53,457 nt of DNA from Chiloscyllium plagiosum (taxonomy: Eukaryota): contig NC_057757.1 of assembly GCF_004010195.1 (NCBI RefSeq), positions 8,877,014-8,930,470 on the forward strand, in the 5' to 3' direction. Shown here piece after piece: positions 38,101-50,490 of this stretch; position 1 is the first letter of the stretch, and each line of letters begins with the position of its first letter. Both the position numbers and the translations under genes were made by a program. The notes beneath the pieces are model-generated. The model was not told where the DNA came from. It made no database searches and saw only the letters and a program-made list of their open reading frames with translations.

Positions 38101-39738
38101 CAGATTTATTTTTGTTCAAAATCATTCAACCAGACAAACATTGGATAAAGAATGGATATGAAAATGTTAAATAATGTAATATTATTTATTTTAAACATGG
38201 ACATTATGGATAAGAAAGTCAAAGCATTGCAGGGATTAGGTTAAAGATTACATTGACTTAGAATGGAATACTCAGCACTTAAAATCTAAGGACCAATTTG
38301 GTGCATTGCCTCAGTATGACCTTAGCAATATTCAGAGCAACTATAAGTTACAGGTCATTTTGAAGATCAAGCTGACACTGAACCATGAATGGAGTTAGAC
38401 ATTAAGGATAGAAATCCAGCATTTTGTGTATGGAGAAAGAAATAGAATCTTATAAATTAAGTGACCAGACACAGTACATTTTCACCACATTAACACACCT
38501 TTCTAAAAAACAACAATTTGGCTGCGCTCAGTTGTTACATTCATCTGAGAAATTTTAATCTCCTGAATGTTGTGACTTCATACGAAACGTAATATTAGGG
38601 TGAGCTAGAAATCACATTAATAATTTCGAGATACAACTACCTCTTAATTGCAGCAAAACAATAATTAATACGATCATTAAATTCAATAGCTTCTCAATTT
38701 AAACCAGCATCTCAGCCTGTCACAAAAGACAGGAGGTTGAGAGAGTTTCTGCGGAAACTTTTCTTTCACCCAGAGGATGTTGGTGTCTGGAATGTACTGC
38801 CCGTGAGTATAGTCCAGTTGGAAAATCTCACAATATTTAACAAAATGATGTGGATGAGCACTTGAGAAGGCATAACTTTCAAGGCTATGAGTTTGAAAGT
38901 GGGAGTCGGAGAGATTGAGAGTAAGCTTTGTTGGTGCAGAATCCATGGGTCTCTTCTACGCTATATGGTTCCATACTTCCATGGTTAAACTCCTGCAATC
39001 CAGGTATTGAAGTTGCAAATCAAGAGCTACAACTGACTGCATTTTAGCTTACATTTCAGAGTGAACCATTACATGTGTGTATACCTCCTATCTCTACATC
39101 ATGTCAGTGTCAACATGTTTCTCTTCATAATTAGTTCGAATTAACCTGTTGGGATAAATTATGAGATACCTACAGAGGAACTGGTAATTGAACTTCTGAC
39201 CCTGCAGCTGGGACACGATAGAACATGATGGTTTGTTATAACAATGCGGGTGGCAGACCAGCCCAAAACTCTGGCGCACAATCCGTTACCTCAGCCAGCA
39301 TATTAGGGAAAATGGGGTTCCATCGCAATGTGGATCAGAATGACTTGATTCAGAGTCAATTATACCACGGAACTTATTGCTTACGGTTTAACAATATTGC
39401 AAACCAGTGATCTTTGCGTACCAAATGAACATCATGAACTTCACTGTCCAACACGGACGTCAACACATTGATAAAATCAAAAGGCAGAATTGGGGCTAAA
39501 CAGATATACTAATATAGTTCAAAGCAAATATTTTTTTCCGGGAAAGACGTCATAACACTGGAAGGGAAATATTTCCACAAAACAGACGAGTGGTTACCGC
39601 AATTTTGTTTAGAAGCAGCTAAAACCAAAATAACCTTCAAAACGTATGATAAATTCCAGTACTGTACCTTCCACTTCGATAGCTGGAAGGCTGGGATAAT
39701 AAATTGCAAAAATCTGAACTTTTTGGTGTACCATGCAC
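35163..39738 (-). pseudogene. GPCR copy 2 pseudogene (exon 1 39738-39668; exon 2 37981-37977 plus 36065-35163)
   Basis: Exon 1 has ATG>GTG and is 71 nt rather than 70 (frameshift), with the donor AAG|GTACAG kept. Exon 2 is interrupted by a CR1, has an 18-nt deletion near 35915, an insertion near 35480-35520 and a premature TAA at 35217. ORF fragments 35217-35462 and 35724-35942 match copy 1. Confidence 0.92.
36066..37976 (+). mobile_element. 5'-truncated CR1 LINE inserted in exon 2 of GPCR copy 2
   Basis: RT motifs DSQHGFVRGKSCLTNL, PQGSALGPLLF, KFADD; 3' tail ends atgact; the flanks acaag and (g)ttagctgca rejoin to match copy 1 (ccaagttagctgca). Confidence 0.93.
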
Positions 39739-39875
39739 TTCCGTAACATTCACTCCTCCACATGAAGGGGGTGAGACTATTATCTGACACAAGAGTCTCA
39801 AGAGCAATTAGATGTTTTGAATTTTAAAATTAATTGCCAAATTGCAACAACACGGTAGGGGAGGTGGTGTCCTAG

Positions 39876-40211
39876 GAGAAAGTGAGGGCTGCAGATGCTG
39901 GAGATCAGAGCTGAAAATGTGTTGCTGGAAAAGCGCAGCAGGTCAGGCAGCATCCAGGGAACAGGAGAATCGACNNNNNAGGAATGAGGAAAGTGTGTCC
40001 AGCAGGCTAAGATAAAAGGCAAGGAGGAGGGACTTGGGGGAACCTATCGCATTTCCAACGCCCCTCCCCCAAGTCCCTCCTCCCTACCTTTATCTTAGCC
40101 TGCTGGACACACTTTCCTCATTCCTAAAGATGGGCTTATGCCCGAAACGTCAATTCTCCTGTTCCTTGGATGCTGCCTGACCTGCTGCGCTTTTCCAGCA
40201 ACACATTTTCA
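39876..40211. mobile_element. Fold-back Penelope terminal fragment with 15-bp TSD
   Basis: gaggtggtgtcctag at 39861-39875 and 40212-40226; long inverted arms; 5-N assembly gap at 39975-39979. Confidence 0.88.
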
Positions 40212-40280
40212 GAGGTGGTGTCCTAGTCGTATTATCGCTCCACTATTAATCCAGAAACCAATAATAGTTCTGAATTTGAA

Positions 40281-40594
40281 TTAGATTACCTACAGTGTGG
40301 AAACAGGCCCTTCGGCCCAACAAGTCCACACCGACCCGCCAAAGCGTAACCCACCCAGACCCATTCTCCTACATTTACCCCTTACCTAACACTACGGGCA
40401 ATTTAGCATGGCCAATTCACCTAACCTGCACATCTTTGGACTGTGGGAGGAAACCGGAGCACCCGGAAGAAACCCACGCAGTCACGGGGAGAATGTGCAA
40501 ACTCCACACAGTCAGTCACCTGAGGCGGGAATTGAACCCGGGTCTCTAGCACTGTGAGGCTGCAGTGCTAACCACTGTGCCACCGTGCCGCCCA
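40281..40594 (-). mobile_element. Young HE1-type SINE
   Basis: Minus strand begins gggcggcacggtggcacagtggttagcactg, B-box GGTTCAATTCC, CpG-rich. Confidence 0.92.
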
Positions 40595-43500
40595 CGAATA
40601 GTGTTCTGGGGACTCAGGTTTTAAACCCACAACTGCGCATGGTAGAATTTGAATTAATTTTTTTAAAAAATCTGGAATTAAGACACGATTGCTGACCATG
40701 AAATCATTATCATTTGTCGAGAAAAAAACTATCTGGTTTACTAATGTCCTTCAGGGAAGCAAATCTGCCATCCTTACCTGGTCTGGCATCTATGCAACTT
40801 CATAGTCACAGCAATGTGGTTGACTCACAACCACCCTCTGAAATGGCCTGGCAGTCCATTCAGTTGCATCAATTGCTAGAAATTCACCAGAAGGAAATGG
40901 AATTGGAAGGGCCACCTGGCATCAACCTTGGAACTGGATAAGACAACAGCAAAGACATAAACAGTCCTATTGACCATGCAAAGTCCTCCCTACCAACATC
41001 TGGGGGCTGGTGCCAAAATTGGGAGAGCTGTCTCAAGACACGTCAAGCAACAGCCTGACATAGTTATTGTTATGGAATCACAACTTACAGATAATGGCCC
41101 CGGCACCGCCATTACCATCCCTGAATGTCTCCTGTCCCGCCGGCAAGATAGACCCAGCAGAGGTGGCGGCAGAGTGGTATACGGTAGGGAGGGAGGTGCA
41201 CTGGGAGTCCTTGACAGTGACTGCTGACCACATGAAATCTCATGGCTACAGGTTAAACATAAACAAGGAAATCTCTTTCTGGTTGCCACATAATGTTCTC
41301 CTTGGCTGATGTAACAGTGCTCTTCCATGTTGAACAAAGCTTAGTTGAAGCACTGAGAGTGGCAAGAGCACAGCATGTACCCAGGGTGAGGGATTTCGAT
41401 ATCCACCACCAAGAGTGGCTCAGCAGCAGCATGACTTATCGAGCTGGTCGGTCCTGAAGGATATAACTGCTAGACTGGGTCTGTGGCAGATGCTGAAGGA
41501 ACCGACAAGGGAAGAAAACATACTTGACCTCATCCTTACTCATTTGCCGGTTGCAGAAGAACCTGTTCATGACTGTATAGATAAGAGTCTTCACATTGAG
41601 AATAACCTCCATCGTGTTGTGTGGCACTATCATGGGGCAGACTTCAAACGGATCTAGCAGCTCAAGTCTGGGCGCTGTGGGCCATCCACAGCAACAGAAT
41701 CTGCAATCTCATGGTTTGGCATCTCCCCACTCAACCATTAGCATCAAGCCAGGGGATCAACCCTGGTTCAATGGACAGTGCAGGAGGACATGTCAGGAGC
41801 AGCATCAGGCATACCTTAAAAATGAGGTGTCAACCTGGTGAAGCTACCAATCAGGGCTATTTATGTGCCAAACGTCATAAACAGCAAATGATAGACAGAA
41901 CTAAGCGATCTCACAACCAACGGTTCAGATCTAAGCTCTGCAATCCTTCCACATGCAATCGTGAATAGTGGAAGACAATTAAACAACAAACTTGAGAAGG
42001 AGGCTCCACAAATATCCCCATCCTCAACGATGGAGGAGCCCAGCACATGAGAGCAAAAGATAAGACTGATGCATTCACAACAATTTTCAGTCAGAGTGGA
42101 TGATCCAGCTCGGGCTCCTCCAGTGGTCACCAGCATCACAGTTACCAGTCCACAGTCAATGTGATATCAAGATACAGCTGAAGGCGCAGGATAGTGTAAA
42201 GGCGATGGGCCCTGATGACATTCTAGCAATAGTACTGAAGATGTGTGCTCCAGAACTTGCCGCTGCCATAGCCATGCTCTTCCAGTACAGTTACAACACA
42301 GGCATCTACCCAACAACGTGGGAAATTGCCCAATTATGTCCTGTACAAAAAAAGCAGGACAAATCCAACCCAGACAATTACCACCCAATCAGTCCACTCT
42401 CTATCATCAGTCAAGTGATGGGAGGGGGTCATTGACAGTGCTATCAAGCAGCACCTGCTCTGCAATAATCTGCTCAGTGATGCCCAGTTTGGTTTTCGTC
42501 AGGGTCACCCAGCTCCTGATCTCATTACAGCCATGGTTCAAACATGGACAAAAGAGCTGAATTTCAGAGGTGAGGTGAGAGTGACAGCTTTTGAGATGAA
42601 GTTCGGATTTGACCGAGTATGGCACCAAGGAGCCCTGGCAAAACTGGTATCAATGGGCATCTGGGACAAACACTCCACTGGTTCGAGTCATACCTGGCAC
42701 AAAGGAAGATGGTTGTGGTTGTGGAAGGTCAGTCATTTTAATTCCAGGACGTCGCTGCAGGAGTCCCTCAGGTTGGTGACCGAGGCCCAACAATCTTCAA
42801 CTGCTTCATCAACGACCTTCCCTCTGATATAAAGTCAGAAGTGAGGATGTTCGCCAATAATTGCACTCCGTTCAGCACTATTCGCGACTCCTCAGATACT
42901 GAAGTCGTCCGTGCTCAAATGCAACAAGTTCTGGACAATATCCAGACTTGGGCTGAAAAGTGGCAAGTAACATTCGTGCCACACAAATGCCAGAAAATGA
43001 CCATCACCAATAAGAGATACTTTAACAAACACCCCTTGATATTTAAAGGTATTACAATCACTGAATCTCCCACTGTCAACACATTGTGGTTACCATTGAC
43101 CAGAAACTTATTTGGACAAACCACATATAAAGGAGTGGCTAGGAGAGCAGGTCAGAAACTAGGGATACTACAGCGAGTAACTCCCCTCCTGACACTAAAG
43201 TCTATCCACCATCTACAAGGCACAAGTCAGGAGTGTGATGGAATACTCCTCACTTGACTGAATAGGTGCAGCTCCAACAACACTCAAGAAGCCTGACAGT
43301 ATTCAAACAGCCCGCTTGATTGGCACCAAGTCTATAAACATTCAATCCCTTCATCACCGGTGCTTAGTACGAACAGTGTGTACTATCTACAAGATGCACT
43401 GTAGAAATTCACCAAAGATCCTTAGCCATCACCTTCCGAACCACAAAAAACTGCCATCTAGATGGACAAGGGCAACAGGAGTTTGGGAACATCACCACCT

Positions 43501-44717
43501 GCAAATTGCCTTCCAAGACACTCACCACCCTGACTTGGAAATATGTTTCCATTCCTTCACAGTTGTTCTAGGTCAAAATCCTAGAGGATCACCCCCCCCC
43601 CCCAACCCCCCCCATCCACACACACACACACACCCGCAGCAGCATTGTGAGCCAACTCACAGCAAGTGGACTGCAGTGATTCACCACCGTCTCAAGGGCA
43701 AATAGGGATGTGCTATCAATGCTGGCCAGCCAGCAACACCCAACTCCCACAAATGAATTTAAAAAAGAAGCTGTTTTGAAATGTCTGTGGTTTGACACCA
43801 TGTTCACCAAAGGTGAAATATGAAAGACTCCTGTCTGATCCCAATCGCATGTCCACTGATACAAAAACAACTTTAAAAACAACAGAATGGAGTCATTACT
43901 GACAGCAAACACGCACAATGCTAGAGAAACTCAGCAGGTATGGCAGCATCTGGAGGGAGAGTTAGTGTTGAGTCTGGTATAGCACCTTTTCAGAATGGAA
44001 TTCTGTGTCAGAACAGATTTCATGGCTTACTGCAATTGGATGGTGCACATTGCTGTGACTCTGCATGGAGATCCATTTAGAAACAGGAGGTAGAGAGTAA
44101 TGAATTAAAAAGTAAATTACTAGCAGGAAAAGACTGAAAGACTGTAATATCAAGATTATGCGAATTCCAGAGGTGAGGTGAGACTGACTACCTTTAATAT
44201 CAAGGCCATATTTGCTTGGGCGTGGCTTCAAGGGGCCCCAGCTCCAAGGGAAATCAGGGGGAAACTCTCCGCTGGTTACAATCAGACCTGTGACAGAGGA
44301 AAATGTTGTGGTTGTTGGAGGACGGTCATCTCAGCTGAAGGACATCTCTGCAAGTTTTCCTCAGGGGAGTGTCCTAAACTCAGATACCTTCAGTTGCTTC
44401 CCTCCATCATAAGGTCAGAAGTGATTGCACAATATGGAGCACCCTTCGCAACTCCTCAGATACTCAAGCAGACCATGTTCAAAATGCAACAAAATCTGGG
44501 CAATATCCAGGTTTGGGCTGACAGGCAACAAGTATAATTCGTACTGCACGAATGACACGCAATGGCCATCACCAAGAAGAGACCTGTAACCATTGTCCCT
44601 TAACATACGCAGGAAACCGAAACTGAAGTCATAATCTTAACCTATCATGACTGCCCAGTAATCTTTGTCAGTTTAGCTGAGGTTTTGTGCATACTAAACG
44701 TTGAAATCTAGAACGAA

Positions 44718-45415
44718 TTTTTGTTAAACACAAGTTCTGCAACCACCAATACAATTCTGCCGGTATTGACTTTGCTGAGAAATGAGTGACCATTTAACCA
44801 GGCATTAACGCTTATGTGAAAAACAAAGTGAAAGGGGAGGGGAGGGATTCAAATCAAAACAGCATCGAAGGGGGAACTGAAGCACTCCACCCCCATGGTA
44901 TCGACCTCCTCCCTAAAGACAGTGAGAGCATTGGTGGATACTGCATGCTCCATCACCAAGGACACGTGGGCTGGAACATAGCCATAGAAGAGTGTGAGGC
45001 AGTTGGCTGAAACAACCCCCTCCACGGCCCACTGCCTAGACCTGCTTATTAGCCAGCCTCACCAGGCCCTGGTGCAGACCCATAAAGAATCACAGAATCC
45101 CTACAGGACTCTATGATTCTTCATGGGTCTGCTCATGAGGAGATCCTCTGACGTGCCTGACGATCAGGAGCGTGGCACTGAAGTCCAACAAACAACAAAG
45201 CAGAAGGTCCTTCCGCTAACTAAAAAGGTAGCGCAAATGACCAATATACACGTGGTCCACAGATTCCACAGCGCCACAAAACAAACAATTGTGCTGAGAG
45301 TCCGTGAACCATTGCAATCTGCCAGGGGACTGCTGTGTGCAAAATCGTCCACCCCAGATCCACGAGGGAAAGAGGGTAGTCTCCCGTGTAAAGAGGGTTG
45401 GTCTGCCACCATCAT
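44718..45415 (-). mobile_element. Tx1/L1-clade LINE ORF2 C-terminus and 3' end
   Basis: Reading across a frameshift gives DLGWTILHTAVP..RLQWFTDSQHNCLFCGAVESVDHVYI, the C-terminal CxxC..H knuckle. Confidence 0.7.
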
Positions 45416-46488
45416 CATTGTAGTAAATGATCGTGTTATGCAGTTCCCAATCTCTGGGTCAGAAGTTCAAGTTCCAGATCCTCTGGAGTAGCTCATAATC
45501 TATGCTAACACGTTGATTTGAAACAATTACGAAGGGAATCGTGTTGACACCGGCATAGAGTAGAGTTTGTAGGTGTTCCCATTTAATGTTTCAGTCTGAA
45601 ATGCATGCTAAACTGCAGTCAATAGTAGTTTTTGACTCACAACTTCATTATCTGGATCGCAGGAGTGTAACCAGAGCAACATAGAACTATATAGTATAGA
45701 AAAGGCCCATCGAATCAACATCAACAAAGCTTACTCGAAAACGACACCAGTCCCACTTTCAAACCAATGCCCTCAAAAGTTATACCTTCTCAAGTGCTCA
45801 TTAGCATTTCCTTTAAAGTGTGTGAGGTTTCCCAACTCAACGACATTCCCAGGCCGTACATTCCAGACCTCAACACCCTCGAGCTGAAAGAAAATTTTCC
45901 TCAGAATATATCAACTGACGACAGCCACATTTTTTGACAAAAAGGTATGTGCATGAGGAGAAAATGTAATATGCCTTGCATCATGCTTATTAGTCTTGCA
46001 TACACTTATTATTCATAAGTTTCGATTTCTCCCTGCATGCACAAAATGCTAGGTTGCCATTCTCAATCTCGAACTCCACTGGTGGTTCAGTGTCAGCTTG
46101 ATCTTCAAAACGATCTGTGACTGATCGTTGCTCTGAATATTATTGAGGTCATACTGAGGCAATGCACCGAATTGTCCTACCCTCAATCTTAGATTTCAAA
46201 TGCTGCTTATTACATTTTCGCTTACAATTTAATGTAATTTTCTAACCTAAGTCCTGCAACGCTTTCACTGTCTTGTCCGTAGTCTTCATATTTAAAATAA
46301 ATAATATTATGTTATTTAACACTTTGAGATCCATATGCTTGTCTGGTTGATTGTTATAAACAAAAAGGTACTGCTCATAGATTTGGGAATTGGTTTCAGG
46401 ACAACTTTATTTGAGGAAGTCTTATGTTTCTGCTCACACCGTCACACTGTCTTCCTCCTCTGGATTGTGTCTATTTTTCTCACTGTAT

Positions 46489-46794
46489 CTAACTTGGCAG
46501 TGATTGTGATCCTATCCAGAGGATGTGCTGTCTTTCCAGATGCAACACTTACCATCTCATATACATGGCAGTGACAGATCTGCTGGTCATTATTACAGCT
46601 GTAAAATTGAACCATATTGTTGAAACTTATTTCCCATTCAGCGGTCCTGTGTGTCCTCCAAGTCTGCAGTGTCAATTTGCGCCCGAATGTCTGGAAGCAT
46701 TGATTTTTCTTCATGGGCAACTGTCGTATTCAATATTGATCAGGTTATAGCCCGAAATTGAAGACAAGATATTGTTTAGAGGAAATAGCAGCTG
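46489..46794 (+). pseudogene. GPCR copy 3 pseudogene, 5' half of exon 2 (TM1 to start of TM4)
   Basis: NLAVIVILSRG...YMAVTDLLVIITAV...KLKTRYCLEEIAA with frameshifts; the acceptor AG reads AT (cactgtat|ctaac). Confidence 0.9.
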
Positions 46795-48017
46795 AAAAAT
46801 GGACAAACCCCGACCTGGATGAATTATATCCCAGGTGGCTGTGGGAGTTGAAGCAGGAAATTGCTTAGATTCTGACACACTGTTTTAACTCTTCTCTGGC
46901 CACGTGGGAAGTGTCAGAAGACTGGAAGATGGGGAAGGTGGTTCCACTTTTTAGGAAGTGTGGTAGTGATGACTCAGGAAATTACAGACCAATAAGTCTG
47001 ACGTCAGTAGTAGAGAAACAATTTGATAAAATTCTGAAGGAGAGTATTAATGTCCACTTGGAAACGCTTGGGTCAATTAGGGATAGTCAGCATAGATTTG
47101 TGAGAGGGACACCATGCCTAATAAGGTTGTTGGAGTGTTTCAAGTGTGTAGCTGAGACAATTTCAGTTGATGTAGTTTATATAGATGTTCGCATAGCTTT
47201 TGACAAGTTTGCACAGGGGAGACTGATTGAGAACTCTCGAACACATTGTATGGAGGGAAACTTGGCGAGATGGATCAGAAACTGGCTTAGTAATAAAACA
47301 CAAAGGGGAATGGTAGAAGGCTGATTGAGTGAGTGGACGCCGGTGTTCAGTGGTGTTCCACAAGGATCAGTCCTGTGACCCTGATTGTTAGATACAGAAA
47401 TGGCATAGATGAAAATGTGGAGAGAAGGTTTAAGGAAATTTACAGGTGATACCAAGAAGGGCAGTGTGGTTATTCCTGAAGTTGATGGTTGTAGATTACA
47501 AGAGGCTACAGATAGGTTGGTCATTCGGGGAGACAAGTGCTAGCTTATATTTAACCCTGATAAATGTGAGATGATATCCTTTCTCAGAATAGACAAGAAG
47601 AGGGAAGTTTTAATGAATGTCAAGACACTGACATACTTAGCGAAACAGAATGATCTTGGGTCAATTACTCACAGATGCCTGCTGCCAGCAGAAAACATGG
47701 ACAGGATGTTTAAGAAGGCGGCTGGGACACTTGCTTTCATTAGTAATGATATAGAGTGGAAGAGCAAGAAGGTAATGTTGGAGCTGTACGGAGCATTGGT
47801 ACGGCCACAGCTGGAATATTGTGTGCAGATCTGCTCACCTCACTATAGGAAGGATGTGATAGCAATAGATGGGGTACAAAGAAGGTTCATCAGGATGTTG
47901 CCTTGGATGGAGGAATTGAGCTATAAGGCAAGACGATATAGGTTTGGTTTGGTTTCTTTTGAGGAGAGAAGACTGAGCAGGACACGATTGAGGAGTATAA
48001 AATCATGATTGGATGTG
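46795..48017 (+). mobile_element. Old CR1 ORF2 (unit 3, inside the inversion)
   Basis: EDWKMGKVVPLFRK...NYRPISLTSVVEK; LYGALVRPQLEYC; paralogous to 15938-17480. Confidence 0.87.
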
Positions 48018-49650
48018 GTAAGTGATCATTTATGTATTGTTGATTCAAACAATGTTTGCAAGCACAGCTGGTGAGGTACTTGCATATCAGAGGAGGTAAA
48101 AGTGAGGTCTGCAGATGCTGGAGATCAGAGATGGAAATGTGTTGCTGTAAGTGATCATTTATGTATTGTTGATTCAAACAATGTTTGCAAGCAGAGCTGG
48201 TGAGGTACTTGCATGTCAGAGGAGGTAGCTGGAGAGTGTAATGAAGTGAACCGTGCCATCTTAAGTGCATATGGGTTCATACCAGAAACATAGAGTTTGA
48301 AAGGTTCAAACAGAGTAATTATTACTGGTGGATGAGGGCATTAAAACAAATTGGCCATTAACATTGATGCTTCACAGCGCCAGGGACCTGGGTTCGATTC
48401 CAGCCCCGGACGATTGTCTGTGTGGAGTTTGCACATTCTCCCCATGTCTGCCTGAGTGTCTGATATATCTCTCCTATGGTCCAAACATGTGCAGGTTAGG
48501 GTGGACTGGCCATGCTAAATTGCATGCGATATCCAGGGAAGCCTTGACTATGTGCATTAGCCATGGGAAATGCAGGGTTATCATATCCGGGGGATGGGTC
48601 TTGGTCTGATACTTTTTGGAGGGTCAGTGTGGTTATCTTAGACTGATTGGCCTGTTTCCAGACTGTGTTAATTCTATGGGCCTATATAACCTCCATAACA
48701 GAGATTATTATTTTGGAGGAGGTAACAAATTCATTTCCTGAAGTAATGAGAACCTATGTGGAAGAGCCGAGAGTTAAGACTGCAAGATTAGCGGCAGAAA
48801 TGGCAGGTGAATATGATTCGCTTCTGATATCAATGTCAATCTGAGAAGGATAGAAATTGGATAAAAGGAAAATCCTCAGCAAGTAAGGGAAAAGGAATTC
48901 TCATTTAAGATAGTAAAGACAGTTTACCACAGGGTAAAAAGGAAAATCATGAGGGGGAAAGAGAAGTAAAAAAAGCCCAAGAATTATCACTGAAATGAAG
49001 TTTTCCACATGAAGTCACAGTGTTGGTGGTTTGGAAAAAGCACTGGGAAGACAGATGGGTGGAAACAGGATAGACCAGTGAGTTTTGTTGAAGTGGTAAA
49101 GGAAGGCACAGCGGAAGCTAAAATCTGCAAAAGGATGTTCATCCCAGTCAGGGTTGGGTTTCGAAGGAAGTGACAGATTTCTTTAAAGAATTTACTTGAT
49201 TGAGTAAGGCTTACTCATGTACACCTGGATGGACCAGTAGGAAAAAAAGTTAAGATATTAAGAAATACACACGAGCAAGTCAGTGGAGAAGAGAAATGTG
49301 ATTCAGGTGGAATTGTACCAGAAATCGTTCATAATATGTGTAGTTCATAGTGAGAATATTGTTACAGTATATAAAGTGAAGTTGGAGAGTCCAATGAAAA
49401 GTGATGAAGTGCTTGAGTAAGGCTTACTCATGTACACCTGGACCAGTAGGAAAAAAAAGTTAAGATATTAAGAAATACACAGGAGCAAGTCAATGGAGGA
49501 GAGAAATGCAATTCAGAAATGTAATTTCCGGACTGTGTGGTGACAAGGTACAAAGCCCCAGGTGGAAACAAGGGGATGATAATTGTACCCAGCTGGAGAA
49601 GGCGAAAGTGAGATTGTGTCCCTGTGATTCAGGTTATTTCATCACCAAGC
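48018..49650 (+). mobile_element. Gypsy/Gmr1-like gag-protease fossil (unit 3) with nested HE1 SINE (about 48365-48680)
   Basis: EIIILEE..NSFPEVMRTYVEEPRVKTARLAAEMA; paralogous to 17490-19750. Confidence 0.8.
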
Positions 49651-49905
49651 AAGGGAAATGTCTGTGTCTGTATCTGTTTCCCAAAGGCTGGGGTTTCCGA
49701 ATCAGAACACAATGCAGGATAATATGAAGGAGATATTTGTAAGGGTTGGTTCTTTAAAATTATACCACTGAATCAGATTGCACTTGTTAGTAAAAACCTT
49801 CTTAAATTGGGTATATGTCAATCGGGATGCCTTGTACATCACAGTCTCCTTACGGTACTACCAGATTATAGGGTGAACTTTAATTCAAGAAAAGTTTATT
49901 ATATG

Positions 49906-50488
49906 TCAAAATGTGAAAATCTTCACAATTAAATTGAAGGAAAATCTAATGTCACGCCTTAACTTATTTCTGAACTTACTCTGGGTACCTTGCATAAATA
50001 AATGGATTATACAAAAACATGAGATCTAGAGCAAATATCCACTTTCTTCCCGGTTGAAATTGGACTCAGGGTAATTGGAACCAGAGAAATAATTCACATT
50101 AGCAATTCGTCTGTAAAGGAGTGTTAACAGAAATAGCACCCATAACAGGAGGAAACTGCCTGAAATACAGAAGAGCAGGATTATAGACTTTCTCCGGTTC
50201 CTCGCCTCTGTGTCATTTTGATTTTCTGTCTTTTTGATGAGACAGAGTCTTTTGCGAGCTTGAATGGCCTTCAGAATTTGTCTGACAGTCACAGCATTGA
50301 GCATTAAGATCAAAATAAATGGGAGACAAGGGATGAATCTAATCACATGCAGTCCACGCAGCCGTGGTATAAAATACAGACTCAATTTTTGCAATGCCAT
50401 GGTATATTCCTAATTCTATATAGTGGCCCATATATGAAATACCAGAATGCATTTTTGAAGTAGCTCATGCCACAAACTGCCCCTAAAA
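49906..50488 (-). pseudogene. GPCR copy 3 pseudogene, 3' half of exon 2 (TM4 to TM7)
   Basis: PCLPFILILMLNAVTVRQILKAI...RRKSIILLFCISGSFLLLW...EESGY; TAG at 50026, a 1-nt insertion near 49990 and a deletion near 50335; original TGA at 49906. Confidence 0.92.
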
Positions 50489-50490
50489 AA

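Larger units (their letters stand above)
39853..43765 (+). mobile_element. Near full-length LINE (APE plus RT, CR1/L2 group) with a tRNA-like 5' head, inserted in the copy 2 promoter
   Basis: APE motifs PDIVIVMES, DRPSRGGG, DFDIHH, EPTREENILDLIL; RT KAMGPD..LKMCAPEL..NYHPIS; A-rich tail; the flanks rejoin to match 25485-25520. Confidence 0.87.

Noticed and set aside
46489..50488. Two separate GPCR pseudogenes (copies 3 and 4)
   Set aside because: The halves are complementary and non-overlapping, and a single inversion explains both.
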